NCBI GenBank assembly: GCA_963710755.1
Contig: CAVQBK010000013.1
Location: forward strand, 160,001-224,000
Direction: 5' to 3'
DNA from: an uncultured bacterium
Lineage (GTDB): Bacteria; Oederibacteriota; JAAXVQ01; JAUVAV01
DNA: 64,000 nucleotides
Both the position numbers and the translations under genes were made by a program. This document shows positions 10,101 through 17,666 of this stretch, piece after piece; position 1 is the stretch's first letter, and every line of letters starts with the position of its first letter. The notes below the pieces were generated by a model. That model did no database searches, had not been told where the DNA came from, and worked only from the letters and a program-made list of their open reading frames with translations.

Positions 10101-13100
10101 TCATGGTTGTATGGCTTTTCCAAATAAAAAAGCATATGCCAGCCCAATTTCATTAGCCGGTCCAATTCAACATCTGTCGAAGGAGCGGGCACCAAGTTCA
10201 GTGCCATTTCATAATACTCCGCCAAGGGGACCTGGACTTGCGATTGCGCCACTTGGCCTTCGTCTATTTCCTGACCTATGCCCGCGATGGTTTCAAAAAC
10301 CGGCTCAAAGGTATAATGTTCTTGATCGTGATTTTGCGCATTGCCTTGAGCCAGGTTATTTCCCAGCCGCTTTTTACGAACGTAATCAATGCCCATGCGA
10401 ATTAGCCAAGCACCAAGGATGGCCACGCCCCCAAGCCAGGTCAGCCCTGCAGTGGAAACTAAGATCCAATCCACACCGGCAGCCATGGAAACCGGACTAT
10501 AGAAAAGCCCGCTTAGGCCAAGTAGCGCGGTCAGGCCCACCGGCAAGGCCCATTGCATCAGACGGTCGCCGTAAGGATGCTTTTCTTGATAGCCCTCTAA
10601 TAACTCTTTTAGGGTTTCGGTTTTCCAAAAATAATGTTCAGGCAAATTAAAGACTCTATCCAGCTGGTCTAAATAAAAAAAGCGGGCATGGTCATTTTTG
10701 ATCTGCAGACCTAGCAAAAACAATTTGCCCAGTTCAAAGGGTTTAATTTTTACTCTTTTTCTTTTTTTAAGACGGTCTTCGGTCAATTGTTTTAATTTTC
10801 GTTTAATAATTTCATTTATAATTTCTTTCATCTCCGACCGCAGTTCTGCCGGCACCTTAAGTTCCACTTCTCTTCCCGCCGATTCCGATCCTTTGAGTTC
10901 AACCGGGCCGACCATGTTGTTCATGGTTTTACTGAGATGATTCATAAGCTGCTGTTGATCAGCGTTCATTAAACGTTTCAAGGTATCATAGTGCCCTTTA
11001 TTTTCTTTCCGGTATTGCGGCGAACAATCTTTCCAAGTAAGTTCAATATTTTCTTTGACAAAATCCAGGCCTTGAATGGTGCCGACATTTTGCCGGGGCG
11101 GTAAATCTTGATCGAGTGCGGGGGGCAGGATCGCCAGAAAATTCATCCAGGCCAACCAGGCTTCCATTCTATTTTCGGTCTTGACCACAGAAGTGATTTT
11201 GACGGCAATGTCATTCAAACTCTCAATGATGATGCCATAAAGCTCAAAAAATCGTCTTTGGATACCCCGGTATTTTAACAAATCTTCGTAAAGCGCGCTC
11301 AGGGTATGAGTGATCGCAGACGCATCGATCAGGTAAATGCTGCTGTTCTCCATCTCCGATGCGGCAATGGACTCCAAGGGGGTGTTATGCAATTGCAGCG
11401 GCCGCGGGGGCTGGCGCAAATGAAAGGTTATGCGGCTATAGGTCTGGTACTGTCTTATAACTCTTTCCAGCCAGGCTTGACGCATATGTTTGTTGTCCAA
11501 ATGCTCAATATGCCACAGGACGTGCTGCCAATTTATCAACAGGTCTTTTTCAATTTCGGGTTTTTCATGATCAACCGTTTTTTCAAACTCAGACAGTAGG
11601 AGGTCATTATGGTGTAACTGAAAGGCAATATAATCATAACGCCTTTCGTCAAGCTTTCCGATTTTTTTAAAGAACGGTGTTAACAAGTCCACCTCAGCGG
11701 TTGTCGTTTGATCCCGGTTTGCATTATTGTAAGTGACATTGATAGACGCCATTAAGCGCTTAGCCAAAGGCTGATCCGCCGGATTGTTTGCATAATTGAC
11801 CAACATCCATCCCAAGGCAAGCAACCGCTTCAGCCTCCCTTCCAGGTCAGGATATTTAAGGGTAAGGTGAAAAGCATCTTGTAAAAGGGTGTTCAAGTCT
11901 TGCATAGCTTGGATATTGGATGCATCCGAACTTGTATAAATCGGATTGACTACAGCATCCATCTCAAGCATTAAATGATTAAAATAAGCACTTATATTTT
12001 TTCCTGCCCAAGAACGCCATGCATCGGTAAGTTGCTTCGAGGCTTCGATGTCCTGCCAAATCGATTCGGGCATAGTGGCCAGCAACTTCAATAGATCATC
12101 GTCACTAACCTGATTTGGGAACATCTTGGACAACAATGAAATCTTTTGGAAATCTTCTTTGACTACTGCCCAATAGGTTTTCCAAAAAATGGCTTCCAGC
12201 GATTCTCCGTCGATGAGCATAGCCTGGCATTCCTGGAGGGGCATATTAACTACCAGCTTCATCAAATCCTTCAGTTTGGCTGAACTTGTTCTCTTCCTCT
12301 TAAATTGCTTGAGAAGAGCATCCATCTGGCTACGATTAAGGCTTTTAAGATTAAGTTTAAGAAAAAAGGACATTAAATTGAAAAGCAGCGCTTCTCGAGG
12401 TCCCCTATCAGTAATATTTTTCCCCAGGCCTTGATCACCAATGATCCACCGTTTTGCCGGAGGTGACGACCAATTATGACCAATATGGAGTGCTGTATGA
12501 ACACCAAAGTAAACCACGCCAAAGGTGCTGGTTAGGTGATATAACATCAATTCCGGCGCCTGCCAGATCACTTCTGCCAAAGAAGCATGCGGTGCTACAC
12601 TCACACCCATAAGTGACAGCACCAGCAAGCCCCAGGTGATCCACCACGTTCTGGTGCCGGCTTGGTTTATGGCTTTCACCACATCCTCACCTTTGGCGCG
12701 ATGAAGGTCGCCAAAGAAATTCTTGGCGAAAAGATTATTTAATAGCCTGGAAAACAATATCAGCAGCGGCACGGCCAGCCAAGGATCGTTGATCTGAAAT
12801 GTACTGTGGAAAAAATGCTCCACAAGGACACTGGTCTTGGGCAGGAACGCGATAGACAGGCCTGTAACCATCAGCGTAATTACACTCGACTCAGCAATGG
12901 GAAGAAGTACCATGGTTACCAATTTTTGGCCCCAATTTTCATAAGGTGTAACACCTGGAGCCGGGCTTCTTAATAATTCCGTCAACTCGCGATTGGTGGG
13001 CCGGTTTCCCCACCAATCCATCACCGCCAAAGCTATTATAATCGCGGCGGTGATTACCAAGGACGGCCAGAAATCAACAACCGCATGCCAACTCCAGGAA

Positions 13101-15121
13101 CCATGATAAAAAGTGATGGGAAGGAAAACAGATGCCATCTTGGTGACGGAAGCGGACAACGGCTTTTCCCGCCACCATTTGTCAACGGCGCTCCCTATCA
13201 CAACCCAAGGCCGTCTTGCCTTTTGTCTGATCTGTTTAAGCTGCTGTTCCACCGCTCCTTCTTGAGCGCTACTGATGACTGATGCGGCCAGGCCATGAGC
13301 TTCAAATACATACGGCAATTGAGTAAGGGGTCTGAGCTGCCACGCCGGTCCGGCCACCAGGCATAAGTTGGCATTGCCCATAGGCAACACCATGCTTTGG
13401 CCTGATTTGACGGCAGTAAACAAGCGCTGCAGTTGTTGAGGCGCAACAGCAAAGTCCTGTGCCTGAGCACCCACAAGTAGGCGCTCATCCATCGTGTAAT
13501 GGTGTTGCAGGCTTTTCAGATCTTCGCTGAGTTGATTTTCTGATTGAGCCTGATGTAACCGCTCCAGCATGGCCTGTTGCCACAGCAGTAATTGCTGCAT
13601 CGCTTCAAGGGACTTAATATTGCCTCTAAGCCCTTCCGGCAATTGCGCCATCATGGTTTGCAAGGTTTCTTCGGATAAAGGCTGAGTGGAAGTTATCCGG
13701 CTGGTTCTGGGCAGTTGAAAATTTCTGATTGGCGGGGCGATTAATTTTTGGTTTTTCAGCAACAGCGTTTCGAGGGGCGTTTTTTTATCCCGGATCAATT
13801 GAAAATAGGGATTAATCAAATCCTGATGGGTTAGCCTGGGCACAACGGAAATATAGGAAAAGCCGGCCTCTTTCAAGGCTGTTTGAACATCTTGGGCATG
13901 ATAGCCGCCGGTAATGAGTACTGCTGCCTGCTGATGGTGTTGTTCCATCATGGCGCTCAGATTGGTCACAAAGTTGCCGCTACGCTGATCCGCCTCTTTA
14001 TAGAAGCGGGCTACATCATCCAAATAGCTCTGCAAAGACGCGGCCTCCGGCATCATGAAGTCCGTCTCTTGCGGCGCCCATTGAGCCAGGGATTTCAAAA
14101 GCACAGCCACGCGGTAGTGATCTTGATGATTTATAAAGTCATGGACTTCACGGCGATTAGCCGCAATGGACAGTAATTTTTCCATCACATCCAGGTGTAA
14201 GCCAACCTCATTGATGGCTGCTTCTTGCGGGGTTGAAATAAGCGCTTTGGTCAGGGCTTGATCCAAGCGGCCGATCTCTTCCTGAAGCCGATCAGGATTA
14301 ATGCCGGTCACATAAGATGATTTTTGTTGTTGTAGATAACGGAAAATCTGGGAAAAAGGCGCAAGATCCAGATCCTGTTTTTTAGCCATCTGCCACAGTT
14401 GACCCGCATAGTCCGCCTGGGAACTTCGACCGTCTTTGTATGATTGGGTCATCTGTTCTAAACCAAGCAAGGGTTGATGGTAAAAACGCTTTTTGATGCT
14501 GCGCAGCATTTCTTTTAAATCAGCACAGTACCCCAGGCTTTCACTATTAAGAAAAGATCGCGCAGTCTGTAGATTTTTAAGGTAAAGCTCTTCGTTTTCA
14601 ATGCCTTCCAAAAACAATGGTTGCGAAGACAAGGCGCTGAAATATTCAGCACCCGAAATCAACCCTTGTTTCATCAAATAGTGACCCACCGCTTTTTTAG
14701 CCCGCGCCAGGGGAAAGGTGCCCAGCTTGCTGGTGTTGATTAAGCGGCCTGAGCCTTCTATACCAATGAGATTGATGCCCAGCCTTTGCGCAAGATCCTT
14801 CAAAATATTGGCAATATTTGATTGCACCTCATAATGACAATGCAGGTCCTGGATATGAATGACCACACCCCGGCTGTTGGGCGCCTCATAGGCTTGTTCC
14901 ACCGCGCCAAACTGGCGCGGCACGGTCACCACTTTCTGGTTCATGATTAAATAAGGCTGGCCCGATTGGAGATAGGTTCCCGGATCTACAGCCCAGGACA
15001 CTAAGGGCATAAGCATGAGCAGGCTCAACAGCATGGACAGGCTGGTTTTAAAAAGGTGATGACCAGGCAAAATCCGTTGTAATAAATAGTGTTGTTGCAT
15101 ATCGCGCTTTTTATTTTCCAT
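7190..15121 (-). CDS. Giant multidomain protein, paralog B (2643 aa): signal peptide, conserved N-terminal module, CPBP-like TM bundle, helical repeats, TM hairpins
   Basis: IHIQDLHCHYEVQSNIA, LIGIEGS, SGAEY, ADQRSGNFVTNL, LITGGYH and LINPYF align with paralogs A and C; internal duplications visible in the C-terminal half. Confidence 0.9.
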   Translation of the reverse strand: MENKKRDMQQHYLLQRILPGHHLFKTSLSMLLSLLMLMPLVSWAVDPGTYLQSGQPYLIMNQKVVTVPRQFGAVEQAYEAPNSRGVVIHIQDLHCHYEVQSNIANILKDLAQRLGINLIGIEGSGRLINTSKLGTFPLARAKKAVGHYLMKQGLISGAEYFSALSSQPLFLEGIENEELYLKNLQTARSFLNSESLGYCADLKEMLRSIKKRFYHQPLLGLEQMTQSYKDGRSSQADYAGQLWQMAKKQDLDLAPFSQIFRYLQQQKSSYVTGINPDRLQEEIGRLDQALTKALISTPQEAAINEVGLHLDVMEKLLSIAANRREVHDFINHQDHYRVAVLLKSLAQWAPQETDFMMPEAASLQSYLDDVARFYKEADQRSGNFVTNLSAMMEQHHQQAAVLITGGYHAQDVQTALKEAGFSYISVVPRLTHQDLINPYFQLIRDKKTPLETLLLKNQKLIAPPIRNFQLPRTSRITSTQPLSEETLQTMMAQLPEGLRGNIKSLEAMQQLLLWQQAMLERLHQAQSENQLSEDLKSLQHHYTMDERLLVGAQAQDFAVAPQQLQRLFTAVKSGQSMVLPMGNANLCLVAGPAWQLRPLTQLPYVFEAHGLAASVISSAQEGAVEQQLKQIRQKARRPWVVIGSAVDKWWREKPLSASVTKMASVFLPITFYHGSWSWHAVVDFWPSLVITAAIIIALAVMDWWGNRPTNRELTELLRSPAPGVTPYENWGQKLVTMVLLPIAESSVITLMVTGLSIAFLPKTSVLVEHFFHSTFQINDPWLAVPLLILFSRLLNNLFAKNFFGDLHRAKGEDVVKAINQAGTRTWWITWGLLVLSLMGVSVAPHASLAEVIWQAPELMLYHLTSTFGVVYFGVHTALHIGHNWSSPPAKRWIIGDQGLGKNITDRGPREALLFNLMSFFLKLNLKSLNRSQMDALLKQFKRKRTSSAKLKDLMKLVVNMPLQECQAMLIDGESLEAIFWKTYWAVVKEDFQKISLLSKMFPNQVSDDDLLKLLATMPESIWQDIEASKQLTDAWRSWAGKNISAYFNHLMLEMDAVVNPIYTSSDASNIQAMQDLNTLLQDAFHLTLKYPDLEGRLKRLLALGWMLVNYANNPADQPLAKRLMASINVTYNNANRDQTTTAEVDLLTPFFKKIGKLDERRYDYIAFQLHHNDLLLSEFEKTVDHEKPEIEKDLLINWQHVLWHIEHLDNKHMRQAWLERVIRQYQTYSRITFHLRQPPRPLQLHNTPLESIAASEMENSSIYLIDASAITHTLSALYEDLLKYRGIQRRFFELYGIIIESLNDIAVKITSVVKTENRMEAWLAWMNFLAILPPALDQDLPPRQNVGTIQGLDFVKENIELTWKDCSPQYRKENKGHYDTLKRLMNADQQQLMNHLSKTMNNMVGPVELKGSESAGREVELKVPAELRSEMKEIINEIIKRKLKQLTEDRLKKRKRVKIKPFELGKLFLLGLQIKNDHARFFYLDQLDRVFNLPEHYFWKTETLKELLEGYQEKHPYGDRLMQWALPVGLTALLGLSGLFYSPVSMAAGVDWILVSTAGLTWLGGVAILGAWLIRMGIDYVRKKRLGNNLAQGNAQNHDQEHYTFEPVFETIAGIGQEIDEGQVAQSQVQVPLAEYYEMALNLVPAPSTDVELDRLMKLGWHMLFYLEKPYNHDFVKIFTDRLIGTYQRFNIDRANLPTLHYLPLEQELNLLRGLYHETYMERLKAGLQLNQVINNFISEYPHLPSGAQQEGLQQLWPLMRIYLIDLHPSRQISVTMDRQSRAQYHFFKQRAQEWAIALPPIRINGKTIEELLEVDKYKDVEAAGDDIKIERIETSSNGLASHVNWENGPGFYKAYYDEIFKQEPGKVLTYVLADIKKAEHETLADQAEGELRGLITYMLKLLGQTVNHGRRLHFATELSGYLKHEGILTGQHDLNLIITLSRLKDEQLKTEIQEKLDSIALAQPMALLDSAYKALALIDDALRQRMLGEILIKIKVMISGTPITLASILEWYHDGGVDMENARAVSEKLPDYLAFLKPVIVEQSEKSPGNSQDKPFDEYEHDMKPALGLDVKGEKKPAIEQEGEKALDRAAPIGKNIRLKHHWTHNPNEAEREIRTNFRKRPAIALHHAMDELNTFVDAGSAESFAEIKLNALINLILELLGRTRDEQLRLTYAKKLRDMQQQKKDILDKDREEALNTLILLTESTDEELETMINAELETKKEYPSDYIEATFKIFAIRNQGKREAFLKQMVAKIGKLIRQNGMTSTLEYQKYSNVGIDLANKQLNLFGLPKHLLFLTYRSGQDGPEGPETNPKNVIRFPGNGHSAAILLASLGSGLLGLGHSNSLLAGPLDGPLSWGLEPNAWLLVATAALVVGWVLVRWWKERRTGRTVANGASLSRRLNTPYRRRGFKAIINVAGWIIGVFSPLLMTSIQSWKSLIQQRGKQRSREESLGPQHYFRSRIYKRILMNEMTGPWLGGAFLDRLLAAVILRVDGRTYWQTAAVLVSAGAAGPFDKLVLDPRQGLLAQLQARPGLSLAQRREELVRGLARIIQNHADELDGDFMFKAQELLVLSAPLTSQRLAIYQGRPLRLPNIMWEKGMKTVGGIILDGLDKHLGTDVIWDYRKVNTIMRRKPQQSALQGV

Positions 15122-15461
15122 AATGGTCTTGGAAGCTTCCTTTTTTTACAAGAAAGGTTGGGTTTAAAGGGCGGTTGGAATGGTTCTTATAGTTATACCA
15201 TTTATATAGGGTTAATCAAAAAGTCAGACCATCCTAATTGTTTTTTTAAAATTATAGCGCTGCGATTCGTGTCGTTTTGCAACATCGTTGTTTTAAATAA
15301 TATTTTTATTGATTATTCTGATGATTTGGATTTCATCAAGGAAGGATCCAGCGCTATAATTAACTCACTTGCAAAAGGCACAAGCACCAGATTGAGCACT
15401 CTCTTTTCACAATAGGTCATGGTCCCGGCAGGCCTAATCAGAAAGACAGGGGGTGAAGTAA

Positions 15462-15719
15462 ATGAAGTACAAAAAAGCCATTGCAGTGATCAATTCCATT
15501 AAAACCGGCGAAGACCAAGCCAGCATTTCCCATCGTCTCGGATTTCCTGACCAGCAAAAAGGCAATTATTGGCTTTACAATTTTACCAAATGTGAAGATT
15601 TCCCCAGGCTGCCTCCGGTTAACGGCGAGGCCCTCTTGGGCGTGATGTTAACCTTTAACCGCAAGGCTGTGGCCAAAATACAGCCCCGCTGGTTTAAAAA
15701 GCCTGATTTGGCGGCCTAG
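15462..15719 (+). CDS. Small hypothetical protein, SmpA/OmlA(BamE)-like pattern
   Basis: GGGGGTG RBS; IKTGEDQASISHRLGFPD...YWLYNF pattern; short 3' overlap with the convergent SDR gene. Confidence 0.45.
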   Translation: MKYKKAIAVINSIKTGEDQASISHRLGFPDQQKGNYWLYNFTKCEDFPRLPPVNGEALLGVMLTFNRKAVAKIQPRWFKKPDLAA

Positions 15720-16548
15720 TCTCATCCAACACCCCGGCATCCTCCATAGCCTTGAGGAACTCATGATCTTTAAAACTCAAGGGATAATCCACACGCCGGC
15801 GATCAACATAAAAACCACTCTCCAAATCAGATGCTGAAGCCAGGTACAGTCCGGTAGGACAAGCGTCACTTAGCAGCAGATTCATTTGCTTGGCACTCCA
15901 GCGCATCCAACTTGGAAATTGATTGAGCATATTGGTCTTGACCAAACCGGGATGAAAAACATTGACCATCACGCCGCTTCCCTGCAAGCGCTCCGCCATA
16001 GCCAGGCCATACAGAAATTTAGCCTTGATGGTTTTAACATATCGCTGTCCCCAAAACCTTGGTCCACCCTGTTCCGCCTCTTCCCACCGTACTGATGTCA
16101 GCTTGAATACCAAAGGTTGTCCGCACACCAAATTTATTCGTGCCGGACTGCTGGCACGCAGGAGAGGTAAAAGCCCGCGCACCAAGTGGTTGGTTCCCCA
16201 AAAATTCACTGCCCACATCATCTCCTGTCCAACTATATTGGTGGTCCGGTTCGGTATAAAAGCAGCCGCATTATGAGCCAACACATGGCATTGACCAAAC
16301 CGGCTGCTGAAGGTTTCCAAAAAAATATCAATCGAAGAAGGCAGGCTCAAGTCGCAGGCTAAAAAATGAATATTCGCATTACCCGTAGCTTCGGTCATGG
16401 CCGCAGCCAGCGCTTGACCACGCACCTGGTCGCGGGCGGACATAATGATAGTGGCCCCCAGTTGGCTTAACCCTTTAGCAATGGCCCAACCTACACCGGA
16501 AGTGGCGCCGGTTACCAGGCAGATCCGCCCCTTCATGGGTTTGTCCAT
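15694..16548 (-). CDS. SDR family NAD(P)-dependent oxidoreductase (retinol dehydrogenase-like)
   Basis: LVTGATSGVG, HNAA, YxxxK-like YVKTIK, FHPGLVKT. Confidence 0.85.
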   Translation of the reverse strand: MDKPMKGRICLVTGATSGVGWAIAKGLSQLGATIIMSARDQVRGQALAAAMTEATGNANIHFLACDLSLPSSIDIFLETFSSRFGQCHVLAHNAAAFIPNRTTNIVGQEMMWAVNFWGTNHLVRGLLPLLRASSPARINLVCGQPLVFKLTSVRWEEAEQGGPRFWGQRYVKTIKAKFLYGLAMAERLQGSGVMVNVFHPGLVKTNMLNQFPSWMRWSAKQMNLLLSDACPTGLYLASASDLESGFYVDRRRVDYPLSFKDHEFLKAMEDAGVLDETRPPNQAF

Positions 16549-16557
16549 GATCTCTCC

Positions 16558-17352
16558 TTAACGGGGAATCACCCAGTAATGCTGATCCTGGTGATTGACG
16601 GTCAGCGGCAGATCGTATAGGCGGGATATTTTTTGACTGGTCAGGGTAGCAGTCTTGTCGCCGTCGGCAAATACCCGTCCTTGTTTGATCAGCACCACCC
16701 GGTTAATTTCGGGAACAATCTCTTCCAGGGCATGGGTAACCAGAATAAGGGAATGACCTTGCTGCGCTAATTTTCTAATGACTTGGCTGAAGGTCACCCG
16801 GCCATGAATATCCAGGGAGTTGAAGGGCTCATCGAGCACCAGCATTTTGGGATCGTGCACCAAGGCGCGGGCAATGAGAAAGCGCCTCGATTCGCCGGAG
16901 GACATCTCCGTCATCAGGCGCCTACGTAAGGAGCGGATATCCAGAAAGCGCATGATGGACTCGACTTTGGCGCGCATGGCCTTGGTCACCTGCTGATGCT
17001 GGTGCAGGCCGATGCTGCCGAAAAAACCGGAAAGCACCACCTCTTCACCAGGGATTGGACGCAGATGGGTTTCCTGCAGTTCATTGGTCACCATGCCCAA
17101 TTGATTGCGTAGCTGAAAAAGATCCCAGCTGGTTTCGCCGAATAATTTTACCGGTGCCGGGTGGTCACGGTGCACCGGGTGAAGATCGCCGCTGAGCACC
17201 TTGATGAGCGTGGACTTGCCCGATCCATTGGGACCAAGTACAGCCACATGTTCATCATGCCGAAACTGAAGGGTGATGTTTTTTAAAACCAGCTTGTCCT
17301 CCCGATAAACTTGGGCGCGCTGGAGCTCAATGGCCATAGTGGATTCAGTCAT
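16558..17352 (-). CDS. ABC transporter ATP-binding protein (ModF/YlmA-like)
   Basis: Walker A GPNGSGKST, MSSGE signature, LVLDEP, VTH; start moved to ATG 17352 with GAGGA RBS. Confidence 0.85.
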   Translation of the reverse strand: MTESTMAIELQRAQVYREDKLVLKNITLQFRHDEHVAVLGPNGSGKSTLIKVLSGDLHPVHRDHPAPVKLFGETSWDLFQLRNQLGMVTNELQETHLRPIPGEEVVLSGFFGSIGLHQHQQVTKAMRAKVESIMRFLDIRSLRRRLMTEMSSGESRRFLIARALVHDPKMLVLDEPFNSLDIHGRVTFSQVIRKLAQQGHSLILVTHALEEIVPEINRVVLIKQGRVFADGDKTATLTSQKISRLYDLPLTVNHQDQHYWVIPR

Positions 17353-17410
17353 GGTCTTCCTCAGAGGTGAATGGATAAAGCCCTCAGGGGCTAAAACTAA
17401 AAGCCTTGCA

Positions 17411-17438
17411 TTGACAAAGCATGGAAACATGATATAGT
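17411..17438 (+). promoter_or_regulatory. Sigma70-type promoter for the leuA leader
   Basis: TTGACA-N16-TATAGT with extended TG. Confidence 0.6.
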
Positions 17439-17474
17439 TATTTAACTCTCAGATCAAGAAAGGTTTTCACCGTC

Positions 17475-17555
17475 ATGAGCACTGTTTCAATGACAGCCTT
17501 CACCAGTACCTTCCTTTTAAAGAAAGAACCCCTCGGGCCACGATTGCGTGGTTAA
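17475..17555 (+). promoter_or_regulatory. Candidate leucine leader peptide (MSTVSMTAFTSTFLLKKEPLGPRLRG)
   Basis: 26-codon ORF between promoter and leuA; four Leu codons including tandem CTT-TTA; complementary segments downstream. Confidence 0.45.
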
Positions 17556-17666
17556 CTGTCCTTTTCTGTTCAACTTCAATATTAGTTTATTTTTTTAACT
17601 TAACCCGGCCTCAATCGCTTGCGGCAGCGCGCCTTAGGGCGGTTGACCATGATCAAGGAGATCATC

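Noticed and set aside
17619-17666. Extended starts in the ORF track for leuA (also the ABC ATPase, asnS, PorV, antiporter and lipid kinase)
   Set aside because: Downstream ATGs fit better, by RBS and/or family N-terminus.
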